Positions 28,903 through 39,289 of a stretch of DNA of 64,000 nucleotides are shown piece by piece. The position numbers and the translations under genes are program-made. The stretch covers positions 14,144 to 78,143 of the IMG/VR virus record IMGVR_UViG_3300042561_001378; one strand, given 5' to 3'. The notes beneath the pieces were generated by a model. That model searched no databases and had not been told where the DNA came from. It saw only the letters and a program-made list of their open reading frames with translations. Within the stretch, counting starts at the first letter, position 1. Every line of letters starts with the position of its first letter. This DNA comes from a virus.

Positions 28903-29513
28903 TACACCTCACCCCGCATAAGCTTAAGAAATGCCGCCTTGTCAGAACCTGCCCCGATTGATTCTTTAATGATATTCCACTCTTTGATCTCGCTGCTACT
29001 GAGCACGATCGCCAGTGGAGTCCCACCCTCGCTGATGGCAAAAACATCCTCATCGTCCGGGGTGAATCGGGATGTAGATGTATCGGCATCTACGCCCCAC
29101 CCCTCGATCTCATCCGACGTGAACCATGGCGTCAGGTCAAGTTCTTCGCCAATTTCAGCCAGGGCATCGGTATCCCAATCGCTCAAATCAGACGCCCGGT
29201 TATCGGCGATCGCATAGCTCTTCCAGTCCTTCTCATCCAGGTCATCGGCCACCACTACCACCAGCTCATCGGCGCGGCGTTCGATGATTCGCACTTTGTC
29301 AATACCAATCTGCCCAGCCTCCTCCAGGGTGCCGTTGCCTGCCCGGACGATGATCCGCCCATCGGGTAGGCGCTGACCTACCAGGCTCCGCAATGGGCCA
29401 AACTTTTGCAGCGACTCCTTAATCATGTAACTGCTGCGCTCAGTCCGTACCCTGGCGTTTTGCGGGTCAAACTCTACTGCGGAGATGGGGAGAACATTGT
29501 CAGAGTCAGCCAT
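28902..29513 (-). CDS. ParB/Srx-like N-terminal domain protein
   Basis: DPQNAR...SLQKFG...AGNGTLEEA...YAIADNRASDLSDWD. Confidence 0.85.
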   Translation of the reverse strand: MADSDNVLPISAVEFDPQNARVRTERSSYMIKESLQKFGPLRSLVGQRLPDGRIIVRAGNGTLEEAGQIGIDKVRIIERRADELVVVVADDLDEKDWKSYAIADNRASDLSDWDTDALAEIGEELDLTPWFTSDEIEGWGVDADTSTSRFTPDDEDVFAISEGGTPLAIVLSSSEIKEWNIIKESIGAGSDKAAFLKLMRGEV

Positions 29514-29668
29514 GGGCTACCTAAGAATAAAGGCCCTGAGTACGCAGGGCCGGAGTGCTCTTGTCCGTCGCTCTGGGGTCTGCTCCAGAAACAACGACTC
29601 CATTCTATCAGCCAGGATCTCGCGGGACTACTGTAATGACACCAGTACAAAGTAGTACAGAATGGTTC

Positions 29669-29698
29669 TTGACAGTTACGAAAGGTGTTTGTTATAGT
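29669..29698 (+). promoter_or_regulatory. conserved moron promoter, copy 3
   Basis: TTGACA-gttacgaaaggtgtttgt-TATAGT. Confidence 0.8.
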
Positions 29699-29728
29699 GG
29701 TTACATACCACCGCAAAGGACACCGACC

Positions 29729-30751
29729 GATGACTACTGCAATGCGCCAAACCATTTCTAATAACAGCAGCGCCACCATAACTACCGCTGCATCAACCAA
29801 TAAATTCAGCATTCGCCTAGAAGACCGGCTAGACAATGAAACCCACACCGTCACTATATTTCACGCAGAAGAAGCCCGCCGCCTAGCCGCTGCCTTGCTG
29901 CTATGGGCTGACAACGCTGACGCCTAACCCACCCCGCCAGTTGGAGTAGAGGGGGTTCGATTCCCCCTCCTGGCATCGCCCCACCCACTACACGGGGCCA
30001 TTCACCACACTGAGGATTCACACCATGACCGCATTTGAGATTTTCATGTACGCCGCTGCAATCCTGACCGTGCTGTGGCTCCGTGCTGAGCCCCAGACAC
30101 CCACCCCGATCGCCGCCGCAATGGTGCTGCCAGTTGACGACCTTCCCACCCTGCCAAAGTTGCTGGCCCAGACCGAGGTGTTGACTGCCCGCTCGGTGCC
30201 AGCCGCCGCCGCTGAGATGGCTGCGCCGGTTGCGATCGTCCGGGTCGAGGTACCCACACCTGACTGGGCCAAGATGAGCGGCGCAGAGTTGCGCCGCGAA
30301 TGCGCCAAAAGGAATATCGCATGGCGCAATGCCCACGGCACAGGTAAGCACTTGCTGAAAGGAGAAATGATCAAGGCCCTGTGCTAAGTCAAAACCTGGG
30401 GAGGTGACTAACCCAGGCTCACCCCGACCCTCACCCGAGGGGCACCCACCACCCCTACTAGGACACCAACCGATGACTAACGCAACCGCCCCGATCCAAA
30501 CTGCAAGAGATTTCTACGCCCTCAATATTCCCACAACCAAGATTGCCAATATTAACCGTCAGCTAGAAGGCTACCCAATTGTCATAAGCCCATACATCTC
30601 CCAAGACGGCGGCGTGTGGAAGCTGTACGGATACGAGGCCAACAACCTGGGGAACAAGCAAGTCGCGTTTGCTAAGACCGTCAATGAATTAATGGAAACT
30701 GTCAACGACATGATCAACGCCAACGAAATTAGAATGCGGCCCTACGCCTAA
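29729..30751 (+). CDS. small moron genes (29729..29927, 30025..30387, about 30473..30751)
   Basis: Short ORFs with RBSs, separated by hairpins. Confidence 0.5.
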
Positions 30752-30803
30752 CCCCCCGACCCTCACCCGAGGGGCACCCACCACCCACTACCAGGCCCAC
30801 ACC

Positions 30804-31025
30804 ATGATCGTTATCTGCCCCCATTGCCACTACAGCCCCTGCCACCGCCACGACAAGACCAGGGCGGGCACCCAGCGGTGGATGTGCCCACAATGCCTCA
30901 AAGCCCACAGTGAGAGCTACAGGAAGGGGCGGCCTAGCCTTGGCGATCGAGCCATGACTGCCGCTGAACGAATGCGGCGAAGTAGGGCCAACAGGGCCAA
31001 AAAGAAAGGTACTGAGGGGGGTTGA
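30804..31025 (+). CDS. InsA-like zinc-ribbon DNA-binding protein
   Basis: CPHC...QRWMCPQC followed by basic MTAAERMRRSR. Confidence 0.6.
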   Translation: MIVICPHCHYSPCHRHDKTRAGTQRWMCPQCLKAHSESYRKGRPSLGDRAMTAAERMRRSRANRAKKKGTEGG

Positions 31026-31051
31026 CAGTCACAAAAGGTGTGGGTTATTAT
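31022..31051 (+). promoter_or_regulatory. conserved moron promoter, copy 4
   Basis: TTGACA-gtcacaaaaggtgtgggt-TATTAT. Confidence 0.75.
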
Positions 31052-31080
31052 GGATGCATACACCGCCTGGGAGGGCCTTT

Positions 31081-31341
31081 ATGACTACTGCAATCGCCGC
31101 CGCCAATTCTTACGACGATATCTGCCTCTGGATTAATCAGAAATGTGGCCTACAAACCCTTTCTGATTACGTCAACCTTTCGCTGGCGGTCGTCCACGCT
31201 GGCCAAGGAGGCACCCCGGTACAAGACCTGATTGACCATGTATCAATCATGGCTGAATGGCTGCCCGCCGAAGACCAGGCAATTTTCTCTATCGGGATTC
31301 TTGATCGATACCGGGATGGAATCCGGTCAATAGAATTTTAG
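31081..31341 (+). CDS. hypothetical moron protein
   Basis: GGAGG RBS; terminator at about 31365-31400. Confidence 0.55.
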   Translation: MTTAIAAANSYDDICLWINQKCGLQTLSDYVNLSLAVVHAGQGGTPVQDLIDHVSIMAEWLPAEDQAIFSIGILDRYRDGIRSIEF

Positions 31342-31488
31342 GGAAACCCGCAGCCCATTAACTGACCACCCTCACCACCCCGGCGAGGGTGGTTTTTTAT
31401 TGCACATCAGGGGAGGGTCAGGGCCAGAATCTCACAGTAGAATCATAGGAGCATCTACGCCCTACCCTTGCCCTGCCCTGAGATGCCC

Positions 31489-32284
31489 TGTGAGTCAGCC
31501 TACTCCATTATCTTTGGTCTTCGGCCCTGACTTTGGGGCCTCACACCGCCATCCTGATGGAGCGGTACGGTATTGGCGCGATCGGCTGGCAGGCCATATC
31601 CGAGTTTTTAAGCCAGTAGTTGGCGGGGTGGAGCGCAATATGTTTGAGCTGGGCCGTCACCCTAGCTGCTGGCTGCGGATTGGCTGGGAGTCTGTGTCGG
31701 GCCACGAGCGGCAACGCACCAATGAGGAGGGCTACCCACTATTTGGCGCAATCAGCCGGGTGATGGTGACCATTGCCTGGGCCAGCGAAACAGACTACCC
31801 CTGGATTAGCCATAGTAAATGGCTCGTGATGCCGGGGGGCGTGTACGTGGGCAAAGACGGCCACCGCGAATCTAGCACCGCCCGCAATGGGGTTTATCTC
31901 AATGGGCACAGGCTCAGCGATGGCGACAATCCTGAATCACTATTTGAGCCAGGGCAACACGAAGCCTATCTGTCCCTGGGCAAAACCGGGCGGATCATTG
32001 TTGTGGATGGCCCCCTCGACGAACATAGCACCGGCTGGCCCGCGCAGATCTGGACTGGTGCCAATTGGCCTGATGGTGAGGCCGAAGAACCCAGCACCGA
32101 CCTTACCCCGCAACGCATCCAAGTAGAGGGCCAGGTAGCAGCCGCGAAAGCTGACGTAACCGGGCGCACCATGGCAGACCTAGCCGCGATTGTGCTTTAC
32201 GGCCCTGAAGGCGTGGATGCTCGCCTGTGGTGGGTATTCTGCGGAGTAGTCGGGGCTGTGGTGTTGTGGATCTTGGAGCGATAA
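31489..32284 (+). CDS. hypothetical protein with a C-terminal membrane anchor
   Basis: Long ORF ending LWWVFCGVVGAVVLWIL; start uncertain. Confidence 0.5.
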
Positions 32285-33009
32285 TGCCTCACTCTTATAG
32301 ATCCGTAAAAACAGCGATCCTCACTGGGGCAATCGGGCTGCATTATCAACCAATCCACAGGCTGAGCGATGGGCAATTGCTAGGCTATGAGGCCCTGGCC
32401 CGGTGGGGTAATGTGCCGCCGCCACAAATCGCGGCCCTGGTTGAGGAGCACAGCTTAGAACTGCTCTGGGTACGTCGCCAGCTCCACGATATTGATAAAA
32501 TCCTCACTGAAATTTATCCACCAATATGGATCAGCTTTAACTTAGATCAAAAGGTTTTAGCGATTGAATCGCTGCCCTACTTGCTCAACACCAGCCCTCA
32601 CCAACTGGGCATCCACGTTGAGGTGTTGGAGTCCGTAAAACTGCACCCCCAGGCCGTCGCGGCCCTGAAAAAAATATCGCACAAGCATATCCTCAAAGCC
32701 GACGATATTGGCAGCCTAGATCATGCCTGGATTGATCGACTAATCGGGGAACACGCGGCCATTTTCCACGGCATCAAACTATGCCAAGGCTTGACCCGCA
32801 ACATCCTGACCAACCCCCGGACGGCCATTGCGTGCAGAGTGTTTCTTGACCTGGCGCAATCGTGCCAACTGGAAACCATCGCAGAATGGGTTGAGTCTGA
32901 GGAACAAGCCCAGCAGCTTTTAGCCTGGGGCTGCGATGCGGGCCAGGGCAGCTTGTTTGGCCTAGCAAAACCCTGGGAGTATTGGCGGGAAAAGTACCAC
33001 GGCCATTAA
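32284..33009 (+). CDS. stand-alone EAL-domain c-di-GMP phosphodiesterase
   Basis: HYQPI, GYEALARW, SFNL, EVLES, ADDIGS, GIKL, IAEWVE, GQGSLFG. Confidence 0.85.
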   Translation: MPHSYRSVKTAILTGAIGLHYQPIHRLSDGQLLGYEALARWGNVPPPQIAALVEEHSLELLWVRRQLHDIDKILTEIYPPIWISFNLDQKVLAIESLPYLLNTSPHQLGIHVEVLESVKLHPQAVAALKKISHKHILKADDIGSLDHAWIDRLIGEHAAIFHGIKLCQGLTRNILTNPRTAIACRVFLDLAQSCQLETIAEWVESEEQAQQLLAWGCDAGQGSLFGLAKPWEYWREKYHGH

Positions 33010-33053
33010 AAAACCCCAGCCTCGGGGCCGGGGGTGCGCTCTTGGAGGGTGGC

Positions 33054-33317
33054 CTAGACCTCGACGCCGGGGCCGTCGGGGGTGGGTTCGACGGCAGGGG
33101 CCGCGATGGGCTCAACGTAGATAGTTGGGATGGCGTCAACCAACCCTTGCAGCTCAAGCATAGCCGCGCTGTAGTCGGGTTCAGCCGGGGGGAGATCGAT
33201 CAACTCTTGGATCTTCGCCTTTAACTCAGACACAGCGGCGTCAACTTGTTGCTGTTCTTGTGCAATCCGCTCAAACCCGGATTGCACAAGGGCCTTGTAG
33301 TCATCTAGAGTTGCCAT
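33054..33317 (-). CDS. coiled-coil hypothetical protein
   Basis: Starts MATLDDYKALVQ. Confidence 0.45.
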   Translation of the reverse strand: MATLDDYKALVQSGFERIAQEQQQVDAAVSELKAKIQELIDLPPAEPDYSAAMLELQGLVDAIPTIYVEPIAAPAVEPTPDGPGVEV

Positions 33318-33744
33318 AATTTTTCTCAAAATTCCAGGGATTTGCCAGGGCCAAATAGGCATGGATCGTTACCAATGCCGACGCCCCTATTCTACGGTAC
33401 TCCCACGAGATTACGTTGGCTGTACTGTCTCCTCGGGGAAACATTCACGGCTACCCTTCTCGCATTCTGCAAGAAACACCCACCCCCCTGCGGGGGACTG
33501 CCGACCCTCGCGGGAGCAGTCTTTGTGATCCTCATCCTCGCTGCCACATTGCAGCAACTGAGCAAGGATCCGGCCTGTACCCAGGTCTGCGTTGGCGGGC
33601 TGCGACACATCCCCGCAAGCGGGGGCGATCAACAGGGCAAATAGGGCGATGGTCAAAAATTGAGTCATGTTGTCTCCTAGTGATTTTCCAAAATACCCCC
33701 CGGAGGTTAGCCGGGGGGTGTGCGATTACGGGAGTGCTATGAGA

Positions 33745-34194
33745 TTAAGCGGGCACACAAAAGGCGGCGACCTGCATTGCAATCAGTCGCTGGCTTTTTT
33801 GATGCTCGTCAATAATCCCCAACATAGCCTTGACGGGACTATGAGCGGTCAATCGGGACTTGCCCACCGATACACTCTGGCCCCGAGTGTAGAAAGTTCC
33901 CACGCATTCACGGCCCCAATACACCCGGCTCACTACCTCAAATGCTTCGGTGCGGTGCTCAACCGTATAACCGTCAACCCCTGCGGGCATAAGGCACGGC
34001 ATAACTTGGCCTGGGTAAACCAGGCCAAACCATTTACTGTCGTTCTCAGGCCATACCCGGCCAACCCTGGAACCTGGTTTCTGCCGACCCGCCATATTAA
34101 ATGCAAGGTCTGCATCGCCAGGGCCAACCTCAACCGCTCCCAGAACCCGAGTCACAACCCCGTCAATCTCAGCCAGCCAATTGCGTGTATCCAT
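33745..34194 (-). CDS. hypothetical protein
   Basis: 149 aa with AGGAG RBS, divergent from the XRE gene. Confidence 0.5.
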   Translation of the reverse strand: MDTRNWLAEIDGVVTRVLGAVEVGPGDADLAFNMAGRQKPGSRVGRVWPENDSKWFGLVYPGQVMPCLMPAGVDGYTVEHRTEAFEVVSRVYWGRECVGTFYTRGQSVSVGKSRLTAHSPVKAMLGIIDEHQKSQRLIAMQVAAFCVPA

Positions 34195-34275
34195 CTGCTC
34201 AAATCTCCTAAATCCTTAACTATCACGATAGTACCGTGCTATCCTCAACTAGGCAAGTACCTAGTTGAGGGATTT

Positions 34276-34473
34276 ATGGAATCATTGCAAAAGCTCCGAA
34301 AAGCCAAGAACCTAACCCAGCTTGGCCTAGCCGAATCGCTGGGCGTAGACGTTGCGACGATTAGTGGGTGGGAGAGGGGCAAGCACCAGCCCACCCCCTC
34401 AATACGAGAGCGCTACGCTGAGGCCCTGGGCATTACCGTGAAAGCACTACAGGAGATCATAAAACTGCCGTGA
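34276..34473 (+). CDS. XRE-family HTH regulator
   Basis: LRKAKNLTQLGLAESLGVDVATISGWERGKHQP. Confidence 0.85.
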   Translation: MESLQKLRKAKNLTQLGLAESLGVDVATISGWERGKHQPTPSIRERYAEALGITVKALQEIIKLP

Positions 34474-34736
34474 AATAAAGCGGCATTGATCACAGTATGG
34501 CTGGGCGCGGCGGGGTATATTAATGAATAATTTTAGGCAATTACCCTGATATGTCCCTGGCCCTGGAGCAAGCCAAATACGAAGCGCGGTTCCTAGAGCG
34601 GCAGCCGCTAGTCTTTGAAAAACTGCGGCTCCAATACGCCTTAGATATTGAGACTGACGCGGCTAACCAGGTGTACCGGATCCAGTGCCATGGGGACTCC
34701 GAGGCAGCGGCCCTCGTTGATCGAATCAAGGGCCAG

Positions 34737-35732
34737 TTAAACGTGCGTCGTGGATGGGGCGTTGAGGTTATTTAAGTTTGGGGCTGCTGCCATATAGATA
34801 TTGACCATCCCCTCCACCAGCCCCGCCGCGCCATTGAGCAATTCTCCCTCGTTGTGGTTTGGGATATCCCATCCACACAGCAGCGCCTGCACCCGGCTGG
34901 GGTCGATCTTAGTGGCCGCTGCAACCTTGGCAATATCAGCCTCAGTTGGCGGGATGCTGAGGCCCATAGGCTTAAGCAACATCAACAGCAAAGGATTCGC
35001 CGGATCACACGGCAGATCTGGCTCTGGCTCCACCTCTGGCGCGGCATCATCTACCGCCTGGGCCAGTTCCATCAACCTATCTAGTACCGCATTGCCGAGG
35101 GTTTGGAGCTGTTCAGCGTCATCAAGGGCATCAACTGTATTGAGGATAGCGCCCATAGTGAGCCCCCCCGGCACTGGCATATCGCCGCCGAGTATTGTGG
35201 CAGCATTGGGCCACTCCAAGGCATCATGCCGCCCAGGGCCTACGCCTGGGGGTGGGGCTACTCCAGGGCCGTACAGTAGCCAATCGTAGCCAGCCGACAA
35301 TGCTGACTGCGGGGTATCGCCCCAGATCCGATGCCGGTCTTTGGGTGCCCTGGGGCCGGGTTTGGCAAAATTGTCATAGGCGCTGATCAGTTGCTTGTCC
35401 CGATCGCTGCCCTCTGCTACCTCGTTGGTGATGGCCTGCAAATAGAGTGCAATCTTGAGCACTGAGCGAGGCTCAAATGCCGTGGCACCCTTAAGCCAGC
35501 GAGTAATTGAGGTAGCCGTGATTCGGCCCCGCACGCCAGCCCCGACCGTGATGTCGCTCATGTCCCTCGACATTGCAGCATCGGTGTACTCCCAGCCGCG
35601 CACGGCGATCGAGGCATCAATGGCATAGCGCATCATGCCCGCCAGGTTGGGCGCGAATTTTTGGGCAATATGCGACGATTTCGGGGCCATACAGCACCAG
35701 GGTAGATTTAGGCATACAGTACACAGTACCAC
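34737..35732 (-). CDS. putative phage repressor-like protein
   Basis: Divergent from the Cro-like HTH; ITATSITRWLKG helix; start probably near 35690. Confidence 0.4.
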   Translation of the reverse strand: MVLCTVCLNLPWCCMAPKSSHIAQKFAPNLAGMMRYAIDASIAVRGWEYTDAAMSRDMSDITVGAGVRGRITATSITRWLKGATAFEPRSVLKIALYLQAITNEVAEGSDRDKQLISAYDNFAKPGPRAPKDRHRIWGDTPQSALSAGYDWLLYGPGVAPPPGVGPGRHDALEWPNAATILGGDMPVPGGLTMGAILNTVDALDDAEQLQTLGNAVLDRLMELAQAVDDAAPEVEPEPDLPCDPANPLLLMLLKPMGLSIPPTEADIAKVAAATKIDPSRVQALLCGWDIPNHNEGELLNGAAGLVEGMVNIYMAAAPNLNNLNAPSTTHV

Positions 35733-35859
35733 GTAGGAGTACTACAGCAATCAGTACCAACCCCACACCCCGGTATAAAGCCTGCGTAAAGCTCTAGAAT
35801 CTTGCAGTACTGCCATGATATTGTGTAGGAGTCCTACACCAAGGGAAGGGCTGAAACCT

Positions 35860-36135
35860 ATGCCCAAGGCGAGATTAAAGGAAACGCGGCGGGATGATAT
35901 TGTTCCTGCCACGCTGCGAAAGTGGCGAAAAAATCATGGCAAGGTGCTCGGGATTGAGTACACCCAGGGCCATGTGGCGCTTGCTTGCAGCGTGACACTG
36001 CGAACGGTGCAGAGTTGGGAACAGGGCTGGCGCAGACCGGGGCCGACGGTAGACCCGGAAAGCCTAGCCCATGCCTACGGGGTGACGGTGGCTGCTGTTG
36101 ACATTTTGCTAGGAGGTGCTCATCGTGGCCAATAA
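35860..36135 (+). CDS. Cro/XRE-like HTH regulator
   Basis: YTQGHVALACSVTLRTVQSWEQGWRRP. Confidence 0.75.
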   Translation: MPKARLKETRRDDIVPATLRKWRKNHGKVLGIEYTQGHVALACSVTLRTVQSWEQGWRRPGPTVDPESLAHAYGVTVAAVDILLGGAHRGQ

Positions 36136-36721
36136 GCCAAATTGGGCACCAATCAAAGACCCAGCGGCCATCCTGGCCCACAACATTGCAATCTTGCGGG
36201 AAAACGGTGTCCCGCCAATGGAGATTGCAATCAGCCTAAAGTGTTCCTTCGAGGATGCTGGGGTAACTGATCAACCCATCCGCCCTAAGCACGATCGCCG
36301 GTCGCAACCGGTATCAGAGGCCCAGGTGTTATCGGCCATAGCCGAGGTTGCGGCTAGGCCACTGGGGCCAACCCGGCGATGCCGCCAAATAATGCTCCTG
36401 TTAGGAGTTGGTGAAAAGCGATTCGCCGCGTTTCGCCAACAATGGCCAGCGGTTGAGGCCGCTTGCCAAGAGCTCTACAAAACAAACCAAACAACCTCAC
36501 CAACTGAGCAGTCGGCTAGATCCCAGGCGACCCTAACTGCCGTTATTGAATGGGCCGATGCCCAAATGGCGGCGGGGGAGGGCGTTAGTCTCCACGCCGC
36601 CTGCCGGAGTGCTCAGAAGGGCAATGGATGGCTCAGTGTGCTCTGCTGCAAGGGTGATGCCAGGGCAATTGAGTTGCGGGAACGGATCCGCAAATACAAC
36701 AAGGAAAAGGACAACGCATGA
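36116..36721 (+). CDS. hypothetical protein
   Basis: 201-aa ORF in the early operon. Confidence 0.5.
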   Translation: MLIVANKPNWAPIKDPAAILAHNIAILRENGVPPMEIAISLKCSFEDAGVTDQPIRPKHDRRSQPVSEAQVLSAIAEVAARPLGPTRRCRQIMLLLGVGEKRFAAFRQQWPAVEAACQELYKTNQTTSPTEQSARSQATLTAVIEWADAQMAAGEGVSLHAACRSAQKGNGWLSVLCCKGDARAIELRERIRKYNKEKDNA

Positions 36722-37029
36722 ACATTTGGAAATGGACAACGCCTAATGGCCAATGGGGTCTTGTGAAAGCCGACGATGATGACATCGCATGGTTTGCAGT
36801 GATTTGTTTGACAGGGCAAGCGCCTGAAGCAGTGGAGTGGGTGCGGGAGGTGACCGCGCCATGACCATTTACTTAGACGATGTATTGCAGCGCTACCCTC
36901 GGGGCCGTGCAATTGACTTGCCTGTGGATGTGCTGACAGCAGTCGCCAGCAGGGCTCGGATCACAATCGGATCTCAGGATTGGAAGGCACGAGCCGCCAA
37001 GGTAGTAGATCAGTACAGGAGACAACGCA

Positions 37030-37374
37030 ATGACGACCCCAACCACAACGATTAAGATCATCACCCCCCAGGGTGAGGTCAAAGACAAGCAGGTCGCCTT
37101 AGTGGTGGCCTACACAAACAGCCCGCTGGCGATCACAGCCAGCGCCCACGACCCAAACTCATACTCCATCACGCATCTGCCCAGCGGGCATAGGCTAGGG
37201 CCAAGCCACCCAGACCAGGGCGAATTGACCCAGTTACTTGAGCGGCTGATTGCACTGCCCTGGAGCAATGATCCAGCTAAAGCAATTGACCCCACGTTGC
37301 TTGCCTCAGCAATTGCCATTAGCCAGGATTGGATTAAATGTTTTGGCCTACCTACCAGCAAGACAACACCATGA
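37030..37374 (+). CDS. hypothetical protein
   Basis: YSITHLPSG motif. Confidence 0.5.
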   Translation: MTTPTTTIKIITPQGEVKDKQVALVVAYTNSPLAITASAHDPNSYSITHLPSGHRLGPSHPDQGELTQLLERLIALPWSNDPAKAIDPTLLASAIAISQDWIKCFGLPTSKTTP

Positions 37375-37575
37375 TCCAGCCGCACCTGGCCGCGCATGTG
37401 CCGGGGCTATAGCATGATCACCGCTATGGCCCACGCCATCATCACCACCGCAGTCCTGGCCCAGGCCGCGATCGCACTGACAGTTATGCTCCGGGCCTGG
37501 GGGCACAACCCAGAAAAAAAAAATCTCACAGTAATCGTATAAGATGCTATAATCATGTAAACACCAGGGGGATGT

Positions 37576-37812
37576 ATGAAATTTCGCTTTTTGCTGGCCG
37601 AGCTAATGGCCCAGCGCCAGCTAACTCAGCAGGCGTTAGGCGAAGCAACGGGGCTTAGCCCTGTGACTATCGGCAGTTGGTATCATGGCCGCGCTACTAG
37701 GGCCGACCTGGGCACGGCTGCAACGCTGATGCAATACTTTGGGCTTTCCTCCCTGGAGCAGTTGATCCAGGCGGAACCTGATTCTTCAGGGTGTGACAAT
37801 CTCGCGGCGTGA
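37576..37812 (+). CDS. HTH (Cro/C1-type) regulator
   Basis: LAELMAQRQLTQQALGEATGLSPVTIGSWY. Confidence 0.85.
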   Translation: MKFRFLLAELMAQRQLTQQALGEATGLSPVTIGSWYHGRATRADLGTAATLMQYFGLSSLEQLIQAEPDSSGCDNLAA

Positions 37813-37868
37813 CCGTGAGCGGGCAGTCCTGGAACCCCGTTCAAAGCTAGGAGCCATAACCTTTATCA

Positions 37869-39209
37869 ATGGATGGATTCACTATGTTTTTCACCAACCA
37901 ATCCGTAGAACTCAGCGCAGACGATCTGGCCTTTATTGAGGGACATGAATCAGTTGGCGGTGGTTTGCCGTACCTGCAATCGCTGACTCATCCCAATGAG
38001 GATGCGGTCGATGTTAAAGACGCCCGACCCTGGGGGTTCTACATCAACAAAGAACAGGCCGAAGGAATTAACTTTGTCCCTGATACCAACTGGAAGCCCA
38101 TCACCTTCTACACCGTAGAGGGCAGCGGGTTTGATAAGGCCGTGCTTGAGATGAAGCCCGCCAAGCGCACCGCCTACGAAAAAGAAGGCAAGACCATCAC
38201 TGAGCATAAAGGGTTTACTTCTACTACTCTAATGTTTCACCTCATCTACCAATCAGATACGGAGGTGGAGCGTAAGGACGAATACCAGGGCAAGCCCTAT
38301 TACAAGTTTGTGGGGTTGCGGTTTGGTGATGAAGACTACAACGCCACGATGGAGGCGCTATTAGCCGAGCGTGATGGCGATGGCAACGCCACCCACCGCT
38401 GGAGCCAGCGGTATATGTTCATCCTGGTTGATGCTGATGGCAAGCCACTGCATGATGGCGTCATTACCTGGCGGGCCAAGGGCGGGGCTGGGGGTGCCTT
38501 CTCCATGGAAATGCGGGAGGTATTCAAAGACCTCATTGATGCATGGGCAAAAGGCAAGGGCAATAGCCGATTACGCATGTTCCCTTCCAACAATCGCCAC
38601 GCTGGAGACATGCGTTCCCTAGTACGGTTAGGGATGCAGTTCGACCTATATAAATCGGGGGCAGACCGTGCTCCTTACCTGAGCCCCATTAGCCGAGTCC
38701 TACCTACGGGTGACCCTGCCGAGACCAAACCAAAGGATGCAAAGCGGGGTAAGGATGGCGATCGCACTATCAAGCTCTACCCGTCGCTGCTAGTCCATGG
38801 CAATTTAACACCGATGATGGTGGCCCCAACCTCTGAGCTAGGCCAGCGGATCAATGCCGCGATTGAGGAGTATGCCTCATTCCCATTGCCGAACCAAGGC
38901 AAGGACGGCGAGGCTGAAACCGTCGCACCGTCCGGCCCTATTGCCTGGCATGGGTCGGGTATCGTTGACGCCGCCAGCGTCACATACCGCACTGATGGGT
39001 GGGCCGTTATGCAGCTCTTAACTGAATCTGCGGCCATCACCCTGATGGTTGAGGATCAGGAACTGGCAGACACATTGGTAGGGGCCGTGGGTAACGTTAC
39101 GGTTGAGGGTGCCCGCTATCCAGACGGCACTGTTCACGTCGCCAGCGCATTAGTATCGGCACCTACGGCTGTTACTACTGAGCAAACGGCCCTAGTCGCT
39201 GGGTTCTAA
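37869..39209 (+). CDS. DUF5895-like cyanobacterial protein (possible ssDNA-binding role)
   Basis: LPYLQ...WGFYI...RYMFILVD..KPLH...KGGAGGAF; lies before the helicase. Confidence 0.5.
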   Translation: MDGFTMFFTNQSVELSADDLAFIEGHESVGGGLPYLQSLTHPNEDAVDVKDARPWGFYINKEQAEGINFVPDTNWKPITFYTVEGSGFDKAVLEMKPAKRTAYEKEGKTITEHKGFTSTTLMFHLIYQSDTEVERKDEYQGKPYYKFVGLRFGDEDYNATMEALLAERDGDGNATHRWSQRYMFILVDADGKPLHDGVITWRAKGGAGGAFSMEMREVFKDLIDAWAKGKGNSRLRMFPSNNRHAGDMRSLVRLGMQFDLYKSGADRAPYLSPISRVLPTGDPAETKPKDAKRGKDGDRTIKLYPSLLVHGNLTPMMVAPTSELGQRINAAIEEYASFPLPNQGKDGEAETVAPSGPIAWHGSGIVDAASVTYRTDGWAVMQLLTESAAITLMVEDQELADTLVGAVGNVTVEGARYPDGTVHVASALVSAPTAVTTEQTALVAGF

Positions 39210-39289
39210 TCGCCAAAAAATAGCCGTGGTGCGACCAACACCACGGCTATTTGATTTACAGTCCAGAGTAGGGAGATACAACTAAAAAT

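Noticed and set aside
29936-29975. Full tRNA gene
   Set aside because: Only 40 nt, with no D arm or anticodon arm.
33667-34275. N-terminal 200 aa of ORF 33667..34473
   Set aside because: It is antisense to a plausible - strand gene; only the HTH from ATG 34276, which has an RBS, looks real.
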